From an uncultured Chloroflexia bacterium (GTDB taxonomy: Bacteria; Chloroflexota; Limnocylindria; Limnocylindrales; CSP1-4), in assembly GCA_963712745.1 (NCBI GenBank), contig CAVQJC010000005.1, positions 160,001 through 224,000 of the forward strand: 64,000 bases of DNA, read 5' to 3'. This document shows positions 40,384 to 49,628 of this stretch, one piece after another. Position 1 is the first letter of the stretch. Every line of letters starts with the position of its first letter. Position numbers and translations under genes: made by a program. A model generated the notes under the pieces. The model saw nothing but the letters and a program-made list of their open reading frames with translations, did no database searches and was not told the origin of the DNA.

Positions 40384-41774
40384 GGGCCCGGCTTCCGGAT
40401 CACGGCGGGGATGGTGCGGAACAGGATCCACAGGTCCAGCCAGGGCGACCAGCGGTCGATGTAGTCCATGTCCAGCTGGGCCCGGCGGTCGAAGTCGTCG
40501 TAGTCGCGAGAGATCTGCCACAACCCCGTTATACCGGGTTTCATCGATAGACGCCGACGGTGCCACACGTCGTAGGCCTCCACTTCTCGCGCGGGAGCCG
40601 GCCTGGGGCCGACCACGCTCATCTCGCCCTTGAGGACGTTCCACAGCTGCGGCAGCTCGTCGAGGTTGTAGCGGCGGAGCACACGCCCCACCGGGGTCAC
40701 GCGAGGATCGCGCTTGAGCTTGAAGGCGGCTCCGCGCAGATCGCTCGTCTGGGCCAGTCCCGGATAGAGCTCCTCCGCGTGGGGGATCATGGTGCGCAGC
40801 TTGTACATCGTGAAGAGGCGGCCGTGCAGCCCGACCCGCTCCTGGCGGAAGATGATGCCGGGGCCCTGGCTCACGCGCATGATCACCGCGATGACGGCCA
40901 CGAGCGGTACGGCCAGTATCAGGCCGGCCACCCCGAAGGCGATGTCCATGGCGCGCTTGGCCGCCTGGGCGGTGAGCTCGTCGGGGCCGTTCACGTAGGA
41001 CAGCACGGCCGTGCCGTCGAGATCCTCCAGGAAGCGCTCGGAGGTCCGCAGCTGCGGGACCACCAGCGGCACGCGGATCAGCTTGCCCTGCTCATGGGCC
41101 ACCTGCGCGAGCTCCTCCACATCGGGCCAGGCCGCCGCGCCGACGCAGAGCGCGACCTCGTCCACGACCTGTTCACGCAGGACGCGCGGCAGCTCGAGGT
41201 AGGGGCCCCAGTACTCCGCCCCGGGATCCGCGCTCGGGGGCTCCGGGCCCAGGTAGCCCATGACCTTGACCCCCAGGACGCTGTGTTCGTGGACGAGCCG
41301 CGCGAAGGCGGTCGCCTCTGGGCCGGTACCCAGGACCAGGACGTTGCGCACGTTGAGGCCCCGGCGCCGGAAGTACATGAAGATGACCCGCAACGTGGCG
41401 CGGACGCCGACGGCCAGCGCGCCCTGGAGCGGGAAGAGCAGCAGCGCCCAGCCGCCACCTTCGACGTCCGAGGCGGACAGGAAGAGCGCGACCAGGCCCA
41501 GCACAGCCAGCCAGCCGGTGGCGCGCGCGACGGCACCGGCCTCGCCGAAGATGGTCCAGTGCGCGCGCAGCCGGTAGGCGCCGTGCACGTAGAGCAGCGC
41601 CACCCAGGCCACCGAGTAGGACAGGGCCCGCAGCCAGAAGACATCGAGGAAGTCCGAGGCGGGCGCGTTGGGATGAGCCACGGCCTGGTAAAGGACCAGG
41701 CTGAGGACAGCCGCGGTGGCACCATCGACCAGCATCAGGGCAAGCCGGAGCAGCTTGCCGTGGCGCCGGATCAC
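40380..41774 (-). CDS. Polyprenyl-phosphate sugar-1-phosphate transferase (WcaJ/WbaP-like priming enzyme)
   Basis: KRAMDI, FRQERVG, YKLRTM, DPRVTPVG, LDELPQLWNVLKGEMSVVGPRP, KPGITGLWQ. Confidence 0.93.
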   Translation of the reverse strand: MIRRHGKLLRLALMLVDGATAAVLSLVLYQAVAHPNAPASDFLDVFWLRALSYSVAWVALLYVHGAYRLRAHWTIFGEAGAVARATGWLAVLGLVALFLSASDVEGGGWALLLFPLQGALAVGVRATLRVIFMYFRRRGLNVRNVLVLGTGPEATAFARLVHEHSVLGVKVMGYLGPEPPSADPGAEYWGPYLELPRVLREQVVDEVALCVGAAAWPDVEELAQVAHEQGKLIRVPLVVPQLRTSERFLEDLDGTAVLSYVNGPDELTAQAAKRAMDIAFGVAGLILAVPLVAVIAVIMRVSQGPGIIFRQERVGLHGRLFTMYKLRTMIPHAEELYPGLAQTSDLRGAAFKLKRDPRVTPVGRVLRRYNLDELPQLWNVLKGEMSVVGPRPAPAREVEAYDVWHRRRLSMKPGITGLWQISRDYDDFDRRAQLDMDYIDRWSPWLDLWILFRTIPAVIRKPGP

Positions 41775-41957
41775 GAACCGGTAGCGGGGGAGTGGGGCAC
41801 TACGGTTCCTCTCTCGAAGTTCCCCTTGTGGGCATGATCAGCGCTTTGGTGGGCCTGCTGGGGTGAGCTTGACATCAGCCTAGCATCGGAGGCGAAATCA
41901 GAACGGTGGGGTCCGGCTATCCTGCGGGTACGAGCAGAGGCAAGGAGGCGAGTCACG

Positions 41958-42187
41958 ATGGACCTGCGGGGCGACCAAGCACGAGCGATTGCCTTCCGAC
42001 CCGTGTTCCTGGCGCTAGTGGCGACATTGCTGCTGCCCGTGGCCACCGTTGCACAATCCCCCGCTCTGCCAGCCCATCTGGGCCTCGGGCACGCGGGAAC
42101 CGCATCTCCTCTTCCCCCGTCTTCCTCGACGGCGCCCTCTACGCCTCGTCGGAGGACGGCACCGTCCGGCGCTGGAGCCTGCCCTGA
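41958..42187 (+). pseudogene. Remnant of a secreted PQQ-type beta-propeller gene
   Basis: SD AAGGAGG plus signal peptide, then out-of-frame ISSSPVFLDGALYASSEDGTVRRWSLP-stop. Confidence 0.4.
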
Positions 42188-42194
42188 CGTGAGG

Positions 42195-42771
42195 ATGTCG
42201 GTCCGGCGCACGGCCATCCCGGAGGTGCTCATCGTGGAGCACGAGACGTTCCAGGACGACCGCGGCTTCTTCATGGAGGCCTTCCGGGCGGACCATTTCG
42301 CCGAGTACGCCGAGCTGGGGCTGCCCAGCACCTTCGTCCAGCTCAACCACAGCCGCAGCGCGCGGGGAGTCACCCGCGGCCTGCACTTCCAGTGGCAACC
42401 GCCGATGGGCAAGTACATGCGCGCCGCCCGCGGCGAGGCCTTCATCGTGGCCGTCGATATCCGCCCCGGGTCGCCCACGCTGGGCCGGCACGTCTCGCTG
42501 GTGGCCAACGACGAGAACCACCTGGGACTGTGGGCCCCGGCCTCCTTCGCGCGCGGATTCGCCACGCTCTCCGACGTGGTCGACCTGGAGTACCTCACGA
42601 CCGGCCACTACAACGGCGCGGCTGAGTCGGGCATCGCCTGGGACGACCCGGACATCGGCATCGACTGGCCCGTCAAGGAGCCCATCCTCTCGTCAGCGTG
42701 ACAGCAACGCCCAGTCGCTCGCGGACTGGCTGGCCCGACCGGAAGCGGAGCACTTCCGCTACCGCCCATGA
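42195..42771 (+). CDS. rmlC: dTDP-4-dehydrorhamnose 3,5-epimerase; extra T at ~42693
   Basis: DDRGFFME, VQLNHS, RGLHFQ, VAVDIRPGSPT, GIAWDDPDIGIDWP. Corrected end PILSQRDSNAQSL..RP-stop overlaps the rmlD ATG. Confidence 0.9.
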
Positions 42772-43673
42772 GCAGGACGACCGGCACGGGCGTGTGGGTC
42801 TCCGGCTGCGAGGGCCGCCTGGGCCGTGCGCTCATGGCCACCGCACCCGGTCCCATCGACGGCTGGGATCAGCCCGACCTCGATCTCGACGATCCCGCCA
42901 CCGGCGCCGTGCTCGTCGAGCGACATCGGCCGGCGCTCGTCATCCACACCGCGGCCATGACCGCGGTGGACCAGGCCGCGCGTGAGCCGGACGTGGCCCT
43001 GCGCCGCAACGGGGAGGCGGCCGGTGCCATCGCCCGCGCCTGCCACGAGGCCGGGGCAGGTTTCGTGCTCATCTCCACCAACGAGGTCTTCGACGGCGAG
43101 CGCGAGGATGGCGTGGCCTACGTGGAGGACGACCCGGTCGGCCCGCGCAACCCGTACGGTCGCAGCAAGCTGGCCGGCGAAGAGGCGGCGCGGGCGGCGT
43201 TCGAGGACGACCCCGGCCTGTGGATCGTGCGCACGGCCTGGCTCTTTGGTCCGCCCGGCAACGACTTCCCCGACAAGATCACCGCCGCGGCCGACAAGGT
43301 CGCGGGCCCGCTGTCTGTCGTCAGCGACGAGGTCGGCTCACCGACCTACGTGCTCGACCTGGCCCGGGCCATCCACGAGCTGGTGGCGCGCACCGACGGG
43401 GGCATCTACAACCTGGTCAACGCCGGAGCCGCGTCGCGCTACGAGTGGGCAGAAGCGGTGCTCGCGATCCGCCGACCGGGACGCGAGGTCCGGCCCATCA
43501 CGCTGGCCGAGTTCGAGCGCCACTCCGACCCCCCGCCGTGGGGCGTGCTCGACACCTCGAAGGCGGCGGCTGCCGGCGTCGTCCTGCGACCCTGGCGCGA
43601 TGCGCTCGCCGACTACCTCAGGCACGAGGCACCGGCCGACCCAGGAACAGCCGGCGAGAGAGGAGGAACGTGA
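42768..43673 (+). CDS. rmlD: dTDP-4-dehydrorhamnose reductase
   Basis: GCEGRLG, AAMTAVD, ISTNEVFDG, YGRSKLAGE, RTAWLFG, GSPTY. Confidence 0.9.
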   Translation: MSRTTGTGVWVSGCEGRLGRALMATAPGPIDGWDQPDLDLDDPATGAVLVERHRPALVIHTAAMTAVDQAAREPDVALRRNGEAAGAIARACHEAGAGFVLISTNEVFDGEREDGVAYVEDDPVGPRNPYGRSKLAGEEAARAAFEDDPGLWIVRTAWLFGPPGNDFPDKITAAADKVAGPLSVVSDEVGSPTYVLDLARAIHELVARTDGGIYNLVNAGAASRYEWAEAVLAIRRPGREVRPITLAEFERHSDPPPWGVLDTSKAAAAGVVLRPWRDALADYLRHEAPADPGTAGERGGT

Positions 43674-44016
43674 CCGGGATGGTGAGGACCACCGCGGCCA
43701 GGGAGGCCAGCTGCGCGGGCAGCCCGAGCACGTCCACCCAGAAGAAGACCACGGCCAGGCCCAGCAGGTACTGCACGACGTAGACGAGCGGGAAGAGCAC
43801 GACGGTGGCAGCGCTCCCGGGCGCACGGAAGACGAAGACCCGGTTGAGCACGTAGGCCAGCGCGATGCCGGCCAGGAAGGCCAGGCTGTAGGCCGCGGCG
43901 TAGGGCAGGACCTGCAGCAGCAACAGGTAGAGCGCGAAGGTGGCCAGGGTGTTGGCGCCACCCGCGAGCAGGAAGCGCCCCGGCGGCCCAGTGACGACGT
44001 CCCGCAGCCGGCTCAA
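43618..44016 (-). CDS. GtrA family small flippase
   Basis: RFLLAGGANT, YVLNRVFVF; four TM segments in 132 aa. Confidence 0.85.
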   Translation of the reverse strand: MSRLRDVVTGPPGRFLLAGGANTLATFALYLLLLQVLPYAAAYSLAFLAGIALAYVLNRVFVFRAPGSAATVVLFPLVYVVQYLLGLAVVFFWVDVLGLPAQLASLAAVVLTIPVTFLLSRRLFLGRPVPRA

Positions 44017-44483
44017 GTGGCAGCGCCGGGCCCGCCCGCCGCTGCCAGGGCCAGGAACTCGGCGTAGTCGCGGATGTAGTCGCGGGGGTCGTACGGCTCG
44101 CTCGCGAGGACCAGCAGCACGCTCCCGGCGGTGTAGCCCGACTGGATGCCCCAGGTCATGGCCGGCAGGTAGAGCCCGCGGTCCGGCCTGTCGAGTACGA
44201 ACTCCTCGCGTGACTGCCCGTCATCAGCCGTGACCCGAACGCTGCCGCCGACCGCGACAAGGAACTGCTCGCATCTGTGGTGCGCGTGTTCGCCCCGGGT
44301 CTCCACGCTGGGCACGTCGTAGACGAAGAACATCCGCGCCGGCTCGAAGGGCACCTCCGGCGCGATCTCGGCCACGCTCAGCGTGCCGCGCACGTCCCGA
44401 GCAGTCCTGAACGTGTGGAGCGTGACGCCCCTGACGGACGTCCGGCTCACACCCGGCTCGGCGATCCTCTCCACTCCGGCCAT
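44013..44483 (-). CDS. fdtA: FdtA/QdtA family dTDP-4-keto-6-deoxyhexose 3,4-ketoisomerase
   Basis: DVRGTLS, RGEHAHHRCEQ, LLVLASEPYD..DYIRDY. Confidence 0.88.
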   Translation of the reverse strand: MAGVERIAEPGVSRTSVRGVTLHTFRTARDVRGTLSVAEIAPEVPFEPARMFFVYDVPSVETRGEHAHHRCEQFLVAVGGSVRVTADDGQSREEFVLDRPDRGLYLPAMTWGIQSGYTAGSVLLVLASEPYDPRDYIRDYAEFLALAAAGGPGAAT

Positions 44484-44496
44484 CGACTCCTACCCC

Positions 44497-45451
44497 CTAC
44501 GCCGCGGCCAGCACGTGGGTCACGCGGCCCAGACGATAGCCCAGCCGCTCGCAGTTGCGGATGACCGCCCCGTTGGCGGCCTGCGTGGTCATGGTCACGA
44601 CGTCCGCTCCCCGTGCAGCGAGGTCGCGCGTCGCCTCCGACAGCAGGCGCAGGTGCCAGCCCTTGCGCTCCGGGCCCACGGCCACGAGCGGGATCCGGCC
44701 CAGGCGGAGATGAAGGTCGCAGTCATGCGCCAGGCCCAGCGGACAGGCTCCCGCCTCGGTCACCGTCGAGCGTGAAGAATGCACCCGCCGGCGCCCCGTC
44801 GCCGGGATCGGGCACCAGCACGGCCGTGGCCAGGCGCCGCAGCGACTCCTCTGCGTACGTGGCCAGGTAGCGCCGAGCGGTCTCGAGGCTGAACTGCGGA
44901 TCGGCGTGATAGCGGTCGCTGGGGTTGTCCGCCCGGGCTGCGACCTCCCGCAGGTGCGGTACGTCAGCTGCCGTGGCCGGCCGGACCGGGTGGCGCTCGT
45001 CGGTGACGGCCAGCGCCGGCTCGAGCGTGTAGTAGGCCAGGCGTGTCTCGATGAGGCGGAAGCCACCGGCGCCCAGGACGCCCAGCGGCACCAGGTCGGA
45101 GGCCGGGACCTCGCTCCAGACATAGGCGCCGGGGTAGGCGGAGGCCAGCTCCGCGCGCAGCTCGGCGAGGGAGGCGGCCAACCCGTCGGCGGGGTCCTGC
45201 GTCTCGCCCTCCCAGCCTGCGCCGTCGATGCGGATCATCGGCCGGCCGAAGTGCTCGGTATCCCAGCGCAGGAGGCGCCAGTACCAGCGGGCATCGGTGC
45301 CGCTCGTGCGCAGGTCGCCTTGGGCCGCGGCGGTCGCCAGGGCCTCCTCGGCATGCTCGGCCAGCTCCGCTCGTCGTTCTCGCAGGAAGCTCAGGGGTGA
45401 GTGGTCGGCCGCACGTTGGGCCGGGACCAGGAAGTCAGGACGCATGCTCAT
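44497..45451 (-). CDS. WecD-like GNAT dTDP-aminosugar acyltransferase; extra G at ~44764
   Basis: WDTEHFG, DRYHADPQF. Corrected C-terminus IPLVAVGPERKG..TTQAANGAVIRNCERLGY. Confidence 0.75.
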
Positions 45452-46430
45452 CGGTGTGGGGGCCGTGATCCTCGATGGTGTGGGGGCCGTGATCCTCGAT
45501 GCTCGCCACGAGGTAGTGCGGGCGCGCCTTGGTGTTCTCGTACGCGCGCGAGGCATAGGAGCCCACGACGCCCAGGCCGAACAGGATGAGCGAGCCGAAG
45601 AACACCAGCAGCAGCGCCAGCACCGTGAAGCCGGGCACCTCGATGTTCCCGAACAGGCGCATCACGACCACGAGCAGGCCGTATAGGCCGCTGAGCAGCG
45701 CGACCAGGCCGCCACCCCACACGAGCAGGCGGATGGGCAGGTCGGTGAAGGCGAAGATGCTGTCGAAGAGGTAGGTGAGCTTCTTGCCCACCGTCCAGGC
45801 CGATGACCCGTACGGCCGCTCCTTGCGCTCGTAGGACACCGTCGCCCGGCGGTAGCCGACCCAGGCCAGCTGGGCCACCAGCGAGGTGCTGCGCTCATCG
45901 AGCTCCAGCAACCGGTCGCGAACCTCGCGCGTGCAGGCGAAGACGTCGACGCCCCCGGCCGGGATCTCGGGCACGACCAGGCGGCGGTAGGCGGCCCAGT
46001 ACCACTGTGCGGGCAGCCGGCTGCGGGCGGGATCGGCTCGTGCCTCGCGCACGCCGAAGACGACATCCGCCTCATCGCGACGCAGCACCTCGTCCATGCG
46101 CAGAGGCAGGTCCGGTGGCTCCTGCAGGTCGGCCGCCATGATCGCGAAGCGGTCGCCCGCGCCGATCTCCAGCCCGGCCCGGATGGCCGCGAACGAGCCG
46201 AAGTTGCGAGACAGCGCGATCAGGCGCGAGCGGTAGGCCTGCCCCGGCAGCAGCTCGTGCAGGAGGGCGTGCGAGCGGTCGGGGCTGCCGTCCACCACGA
46301 AGATGACCTCGAAGTCGTCAGGCGTGCCGGCTCGCACCTGCTCGACGGCCGCCAGCAGCTCCCCGATCGACTCCTCGTTGCGATAGACCGGGATGATCAG
46401 CGACAGCATCGTCATGGTCTTGGTCATCAT
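45435..46430 (-). CDS. GT2 polyprenyl-phosphate glycosyltransferase (GtrB/ArnC/DPM synthase-like)
   Basis: IIPVYRNE, VVDGSPD, SRNFG, AADLQEPP, two C-terminal TM helices, RPHYLV. Confidence 0.9.
   Translation of the reverse strand: MMTKTMTMLSLIIPVYRNEESIGELLAAVEQVRAGTPDDFEVIFVVDGSPDRSHALLHELLPGQAYRSRLIALSRNFGSFAAIRAGLEIGAGDRFAIMAADLQEPPDLPLRMDEVLRRDEADVVFGVREARADPARSRLPAQWYWAAYRRLVVPEIPAGGVDVFACTREVRDRLLELDERSTSLVAQLAWVGYRRATVSYERKERPYGSSAWTVGKKLTYLFDSIFAFTDLPIRLLVWGGGLVALLSGLYGLLVVVMRLFGNIEVPGFTVLALLLVFFGSLILFGLGVVGSYASRAYENTKARPHYLVASIEDHGPHTIEDHGPHTDEHAS
45453..45500. repeat. Perfect 24-bp tandem repeat x2 near a gene junction (IEDHGPHT x2)
   Basis: GGTGTGGGGGCCGTGATCCTCGAT occurs twice. 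Confidence 0.9.
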
Positions 46431-47583
46431 CCGGCCCATCGGGGGAAGGCGCGCAGGGCTTCGATGACGGTCGCCTGCGCGTCCTGGGCCAGGCCCGGGT
46501 AGCAGGGCAGCGAAACCACGCTGTCGCAGGCGGCCTCGGTCACGGGCAGGGACTGGGGCGCATCGGTCAGGTAGGCCGGCTGCAGATGGTCGGCCAGCGG
46601 GAAGTGCACGTCCGTGCCCACGCCGTTGGCGCTGAGGTGCTTGCGCAGGTCGTCGCGTGCCGTGCTGCGCACGACGTAGAGGTGCGCGACCGAGCCGCCA
46701 TCGGGCGCCGGCGGCAGGGTGAGCGGCAGGCCGCTGAGGGCCTCGTCGTAGCGGGCGGCGATCGCCCGTCGCTCGTCGTTCCAGTCGTCGAGGTGGGGCA
46801 GCCTGTCCGCGAGGACGGCCGCCTGCAGCTCATCGAGCCGGCTGTTGCGTCCACCGGCGTGCTCGGTCCGGTACTTGGCCGCCCAGCCGTACTGGCGCAG
46901 TGCACGGATGCGCTCCGCCAGCTCGTGGTCGTCGGTGGTGATGGCCCCGCCGTCCCCGATGCCACCGAGGTTCTTGGTCGGATAGAAGCTGAAACAACCC
47001 AGCGTGGCGAATGCGCCGGCGCGGCGACCGTCGTGTGTCGCACCGGTGTGCGCCGTGGGCCTGTGCGCCGTGGGCTGTGTCCGCCGTGCGTCTGTGCGCC
47101 GTGGGCTTGTGCGCAGTCCTCGATGAGGGGCACACCGGCCGCGGCCGCCATGGGCACGAGGGAGGCCATGTCCGCGAGCCGGCCGTAGAGGTGGGTGACG
47201 ATGACGGCGGCCACGCCGGGTGCCTCGAGTGCCGCGCGCAGGCCGTCGGGCGACATGTTCAGGCTGGCCTCGTCCACGTCGACATAGAGGGGGTTGGCGC
47301 CGGCCGCGCGGATGGCCGTGCTCGAATAGGGCCCGGCGTTGGCCACGGTCAGGACCGTGTCACCGGGGCCCACGTCCAGGGCTCGCAGGGCGATCTCCAG
47401 GGCATCGGTCCCGCTGGCGACGCCGAGGCAGTAGCGCGTGCCGCAGTAGTCGGCGAAGGCGCCTTCGAAGCGCTCGACCTCCGGCCCCAGGATGTAGCGA
47501 CCGCTCGTCAACACGCGCCCGACCGCGGCGCGGATGTCCACGCGGGACTCGATGGCGTCGAGGGCGAATACGGGCACGTTCAC
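46427..47583 (-). CDS. DegT/DnrJ aminotransferase (FdtB-like); frameshifted at an internal tandem repeat ~47030-47110
   Basis: YILGPEV, VASGTDAL, THLYG, IEDCAQAHGA; after the shift CFSFYPTKNLGGIGDGG, NSRLDELQAA, HLYVV, VSLPCYP. Confidence 0.88.
47047..47114. repeat. ~15-bp tandem repeat x4.5 (AHGAQ) inside the aminotransferase
   Basis: TGTGCGCCGTGGGC(C/T) units of 15, 14, 17 and 15 bp plus a partial unit. Confidence 0.8.
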
Positions 47584-47594
47584 GTCGGCCCATC

Positions 47595-47720
47595 GTAGCG
47601 GCTGGCTGGGGCTCGGTAGCGGCTGGCTGGGGCTCGAGAGAGGCTGGCCGGGGCTCGAAAGAGGCTGGCTTGGGCGCGAACGAAGCGGGCTGGAGTTCGG
47701 TAGGAGGCGGGCTGGATCCG
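47595..47720. repeat. 21-bp tandem repeat x6 in a divergent intergenic region
   Basis: GTAGCGGCTGGCTGGGGCTCG x2, then progressively diverged copies. Confidence 0.85.
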
Positions 47721-47767
47721 GTCCGCGCTGAGCCCGCGACCCGGTTGGCCGCTGATATCCTCGGCCG

Positions 47768-49603
47768 ATGACGACCAGCCGCCTGCGGGCCATCGCGACG
47801 GGCGCGCTGTTGCTCATCCCCATCGCGCTCATCCTGCTGCGCGTCCTGAGCTGGATCCGGTTGGGGGTCGACTACCCCTACGCCGACGACTGGCGGGCCC
47901 TCCTCGACCGCGAGCTGGGTGTCTTCGACCTGGCTGCCTTCTTCACCGTCTCCAACGACACGCTCTATCCGGTCGGCAAGTTCCTCGACTGGGCCGCGCA
48001 CGTGACTCTGGGCAGCCATACCGTCGCCTACCAGGCGGTCTCCCAGGTGGCGGTGCTGGGAACCGTCCTGGCGCTCCAGTTCGTGCTCCTGCGTCGCGCG
48101 CTGGTGAGCCCCCTCCTGGCGGCGGCGCTCGCGACCCTCAGCATCCTGGGGCTGCGCGCGGGCGAGAGCTACTGGGGCGTGGCCAACCTCGGCTACCAGC
48201 AGGCCCTGCCGGTGTTGTGCCTGCTGGGCATCCTTGCCATCGCCACCGGTGCGCACGGGGGCCGTGCCGTCGTGACCGTGGTCGCTTCGATGCTGGCGCT
48301 GGTGGCCGGCTTCGCCTACATCTCGGGTGCCTTCGCGGTCCTCGCCGCGGGGCTGGTCCTGCTCGTCGCGGCCCGGTTCACGCGCGGTGACCTGCGTACG
48401 CGGCTCGGAGCGGCCGGCCTTGGCGCGGCGGTGGGCGGCGCCATCTCGTCGGTGGCCCAGCTGGTGGCCACGATGTCAGGCGAGGGCGGGTCCTCGTTGA
48501 GCATGCCCTGGGACCCGGATGTCTGGCGCTTCATGCTGGGCGTCCTGGCCGACTCGCTGCTGCTGCCGGCCGGTCGGCCCGCGCTCTCCTTCGCGGTCAT
48601 CCTGGCCGTGGTGGCGGTCGCGGTCGTGGTCGGAGTGGTCCTCGCCGTACGCGTGATCCGTGGTCGGGCCGGCCGACGCGAGACGACTCTCACCGTCGTC
48701 TACCTGGGCCTGGCCGTGGCCATCGCCGCCTACCTCGGGCTCGTGGCGGTGGGCCGGCTGGAGTACCTGCGCGGTACCGACGATGGAGCAGATGCCTTCC
48801 TGCTGGGCTGGGAGCGCTTCTACCAGTGGTGGCCCACCGTCTTCTGGCCGTGGCTGGCCGCGGCCGGACTGCTCTTCCTGCGCGCCGCGACCCGGGGACG
48901 AACGCAGCTTCGCCGGGGGGTGGTGGCGGGGGTCGCGCTCGGGGCGGTGGCCGTCTCGCTCGCGGCGCTGGCCACGGGCGCCTATGACTACGACACCCGC
49001 CACCGCTCGCTGGCCCAGCAACGCGACGCCATCTCGCGCTGTGTGAGCCAGACGCTGGCCTCGGCGGAGCCGGTGGTCTGCCAGACGGGGCGCACCTGGG
49101 ACCTGGCCGGCGCGGTGCTCCATGCGGACGACATCGGGGTCACCTTCACCCGCGACCTGCAGCTGACGCCGTCGGCCGATGGTGAGGTGCTCGGCCGGCT
49201 GACCGAGGATGGCGAGGGGGCCTTCGAGCCGGGTTCGAGCGCGACGGTGACACCGGGCGGCGGTGGCTTCGAGGTCAGCGGCAGCGCCCGCCATGCCTGG
49301 CGCTTCACCCCTGCCGACGAGGCCGGGCTGGCCGCCTGCTCCGTGCTCGAGGTTCGCCTGGAGGTGGCCGCGAGCCGGGCCGACTCAACACTGGTCCGAT
49401 ACCGAGCGATCGGAGACGGTGCGTCGGAGCCGCGTCAGAAGGCCCGGAACCTGCGGCGTGTCGACGGCGTCGAATCGGTGTCCGTGACGGTGCTGTCAGC
49501 GGACGGTTTCGCTGCGCCCGTGACCATCCTGCCGGCCGTAGGCTCGAGGGAGTACAGGCTCGACGAGCTCGAACTCATCTGCCACCGGACGGTAGCCGAG
49601 TAG
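47768..49603 (+). CDS. Multi-pass membrane protein, probable GT-C fold glycosyltransferase
   Basis: YPYADDW acidic motif after TM1, about 11-12 TM segments, extracellular C-terminal domain; adjacent to gtrA/gtrB-like genes. Confidence 0.65.
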   Translation: MTTSRLRAIATGALLLIPIALILLRVLSWIRLGVDYPYADDWRALLDRELGVFDLAAFFTVSNDTLYPVGKFLDWAAHVTLGSHTVAYQAVSQVAVLGTVLALQFVLLRRALVSPLLAAALATLSILGLRAGESYWGVANLGYQQALPVLCLLGILAIATGAHGGRAVVTVVASMLALVAGFAYISGAFAVLAAGLVLLVAARFTRGDLRTRLGAAGLGAAVGGAISSVAQLVATMSGEGGSSLSMPWDPDVWRFMLGVLADSLLLPAGRPALSFAVILAVVAVAVVVGVVLAVRVIRGRAGRRETTLTVVYLGLAVAIAAYLGLVAVGRLEYLRGTDDGADAFLLGWERFYQWWPTVFWPWLAAAGLLFLRAATRGRTQLRRGVVAGVALGAVAVSLAALATGAYDYDTRHRSLAQQRDAISRCVSQTLASAEPVVCQTGRTWDLAGAVLHADDIGVTFTRDLQLTPSADGEVLGRLTEDGEGAFEPGSSATVTPGGGGFEVSGSARHAWRFTPADEAGLAACSVLEVRLEVAASRADSTLVRYRAIGDGASEPRQKARNLRRVDGVESVSVTVLSADGFAAPVTILPAVGSREYRLDELELICHRTVAE

Positions 49604-49628
49604 GTCGCGAACGCCCCCCGGGTCGCGG

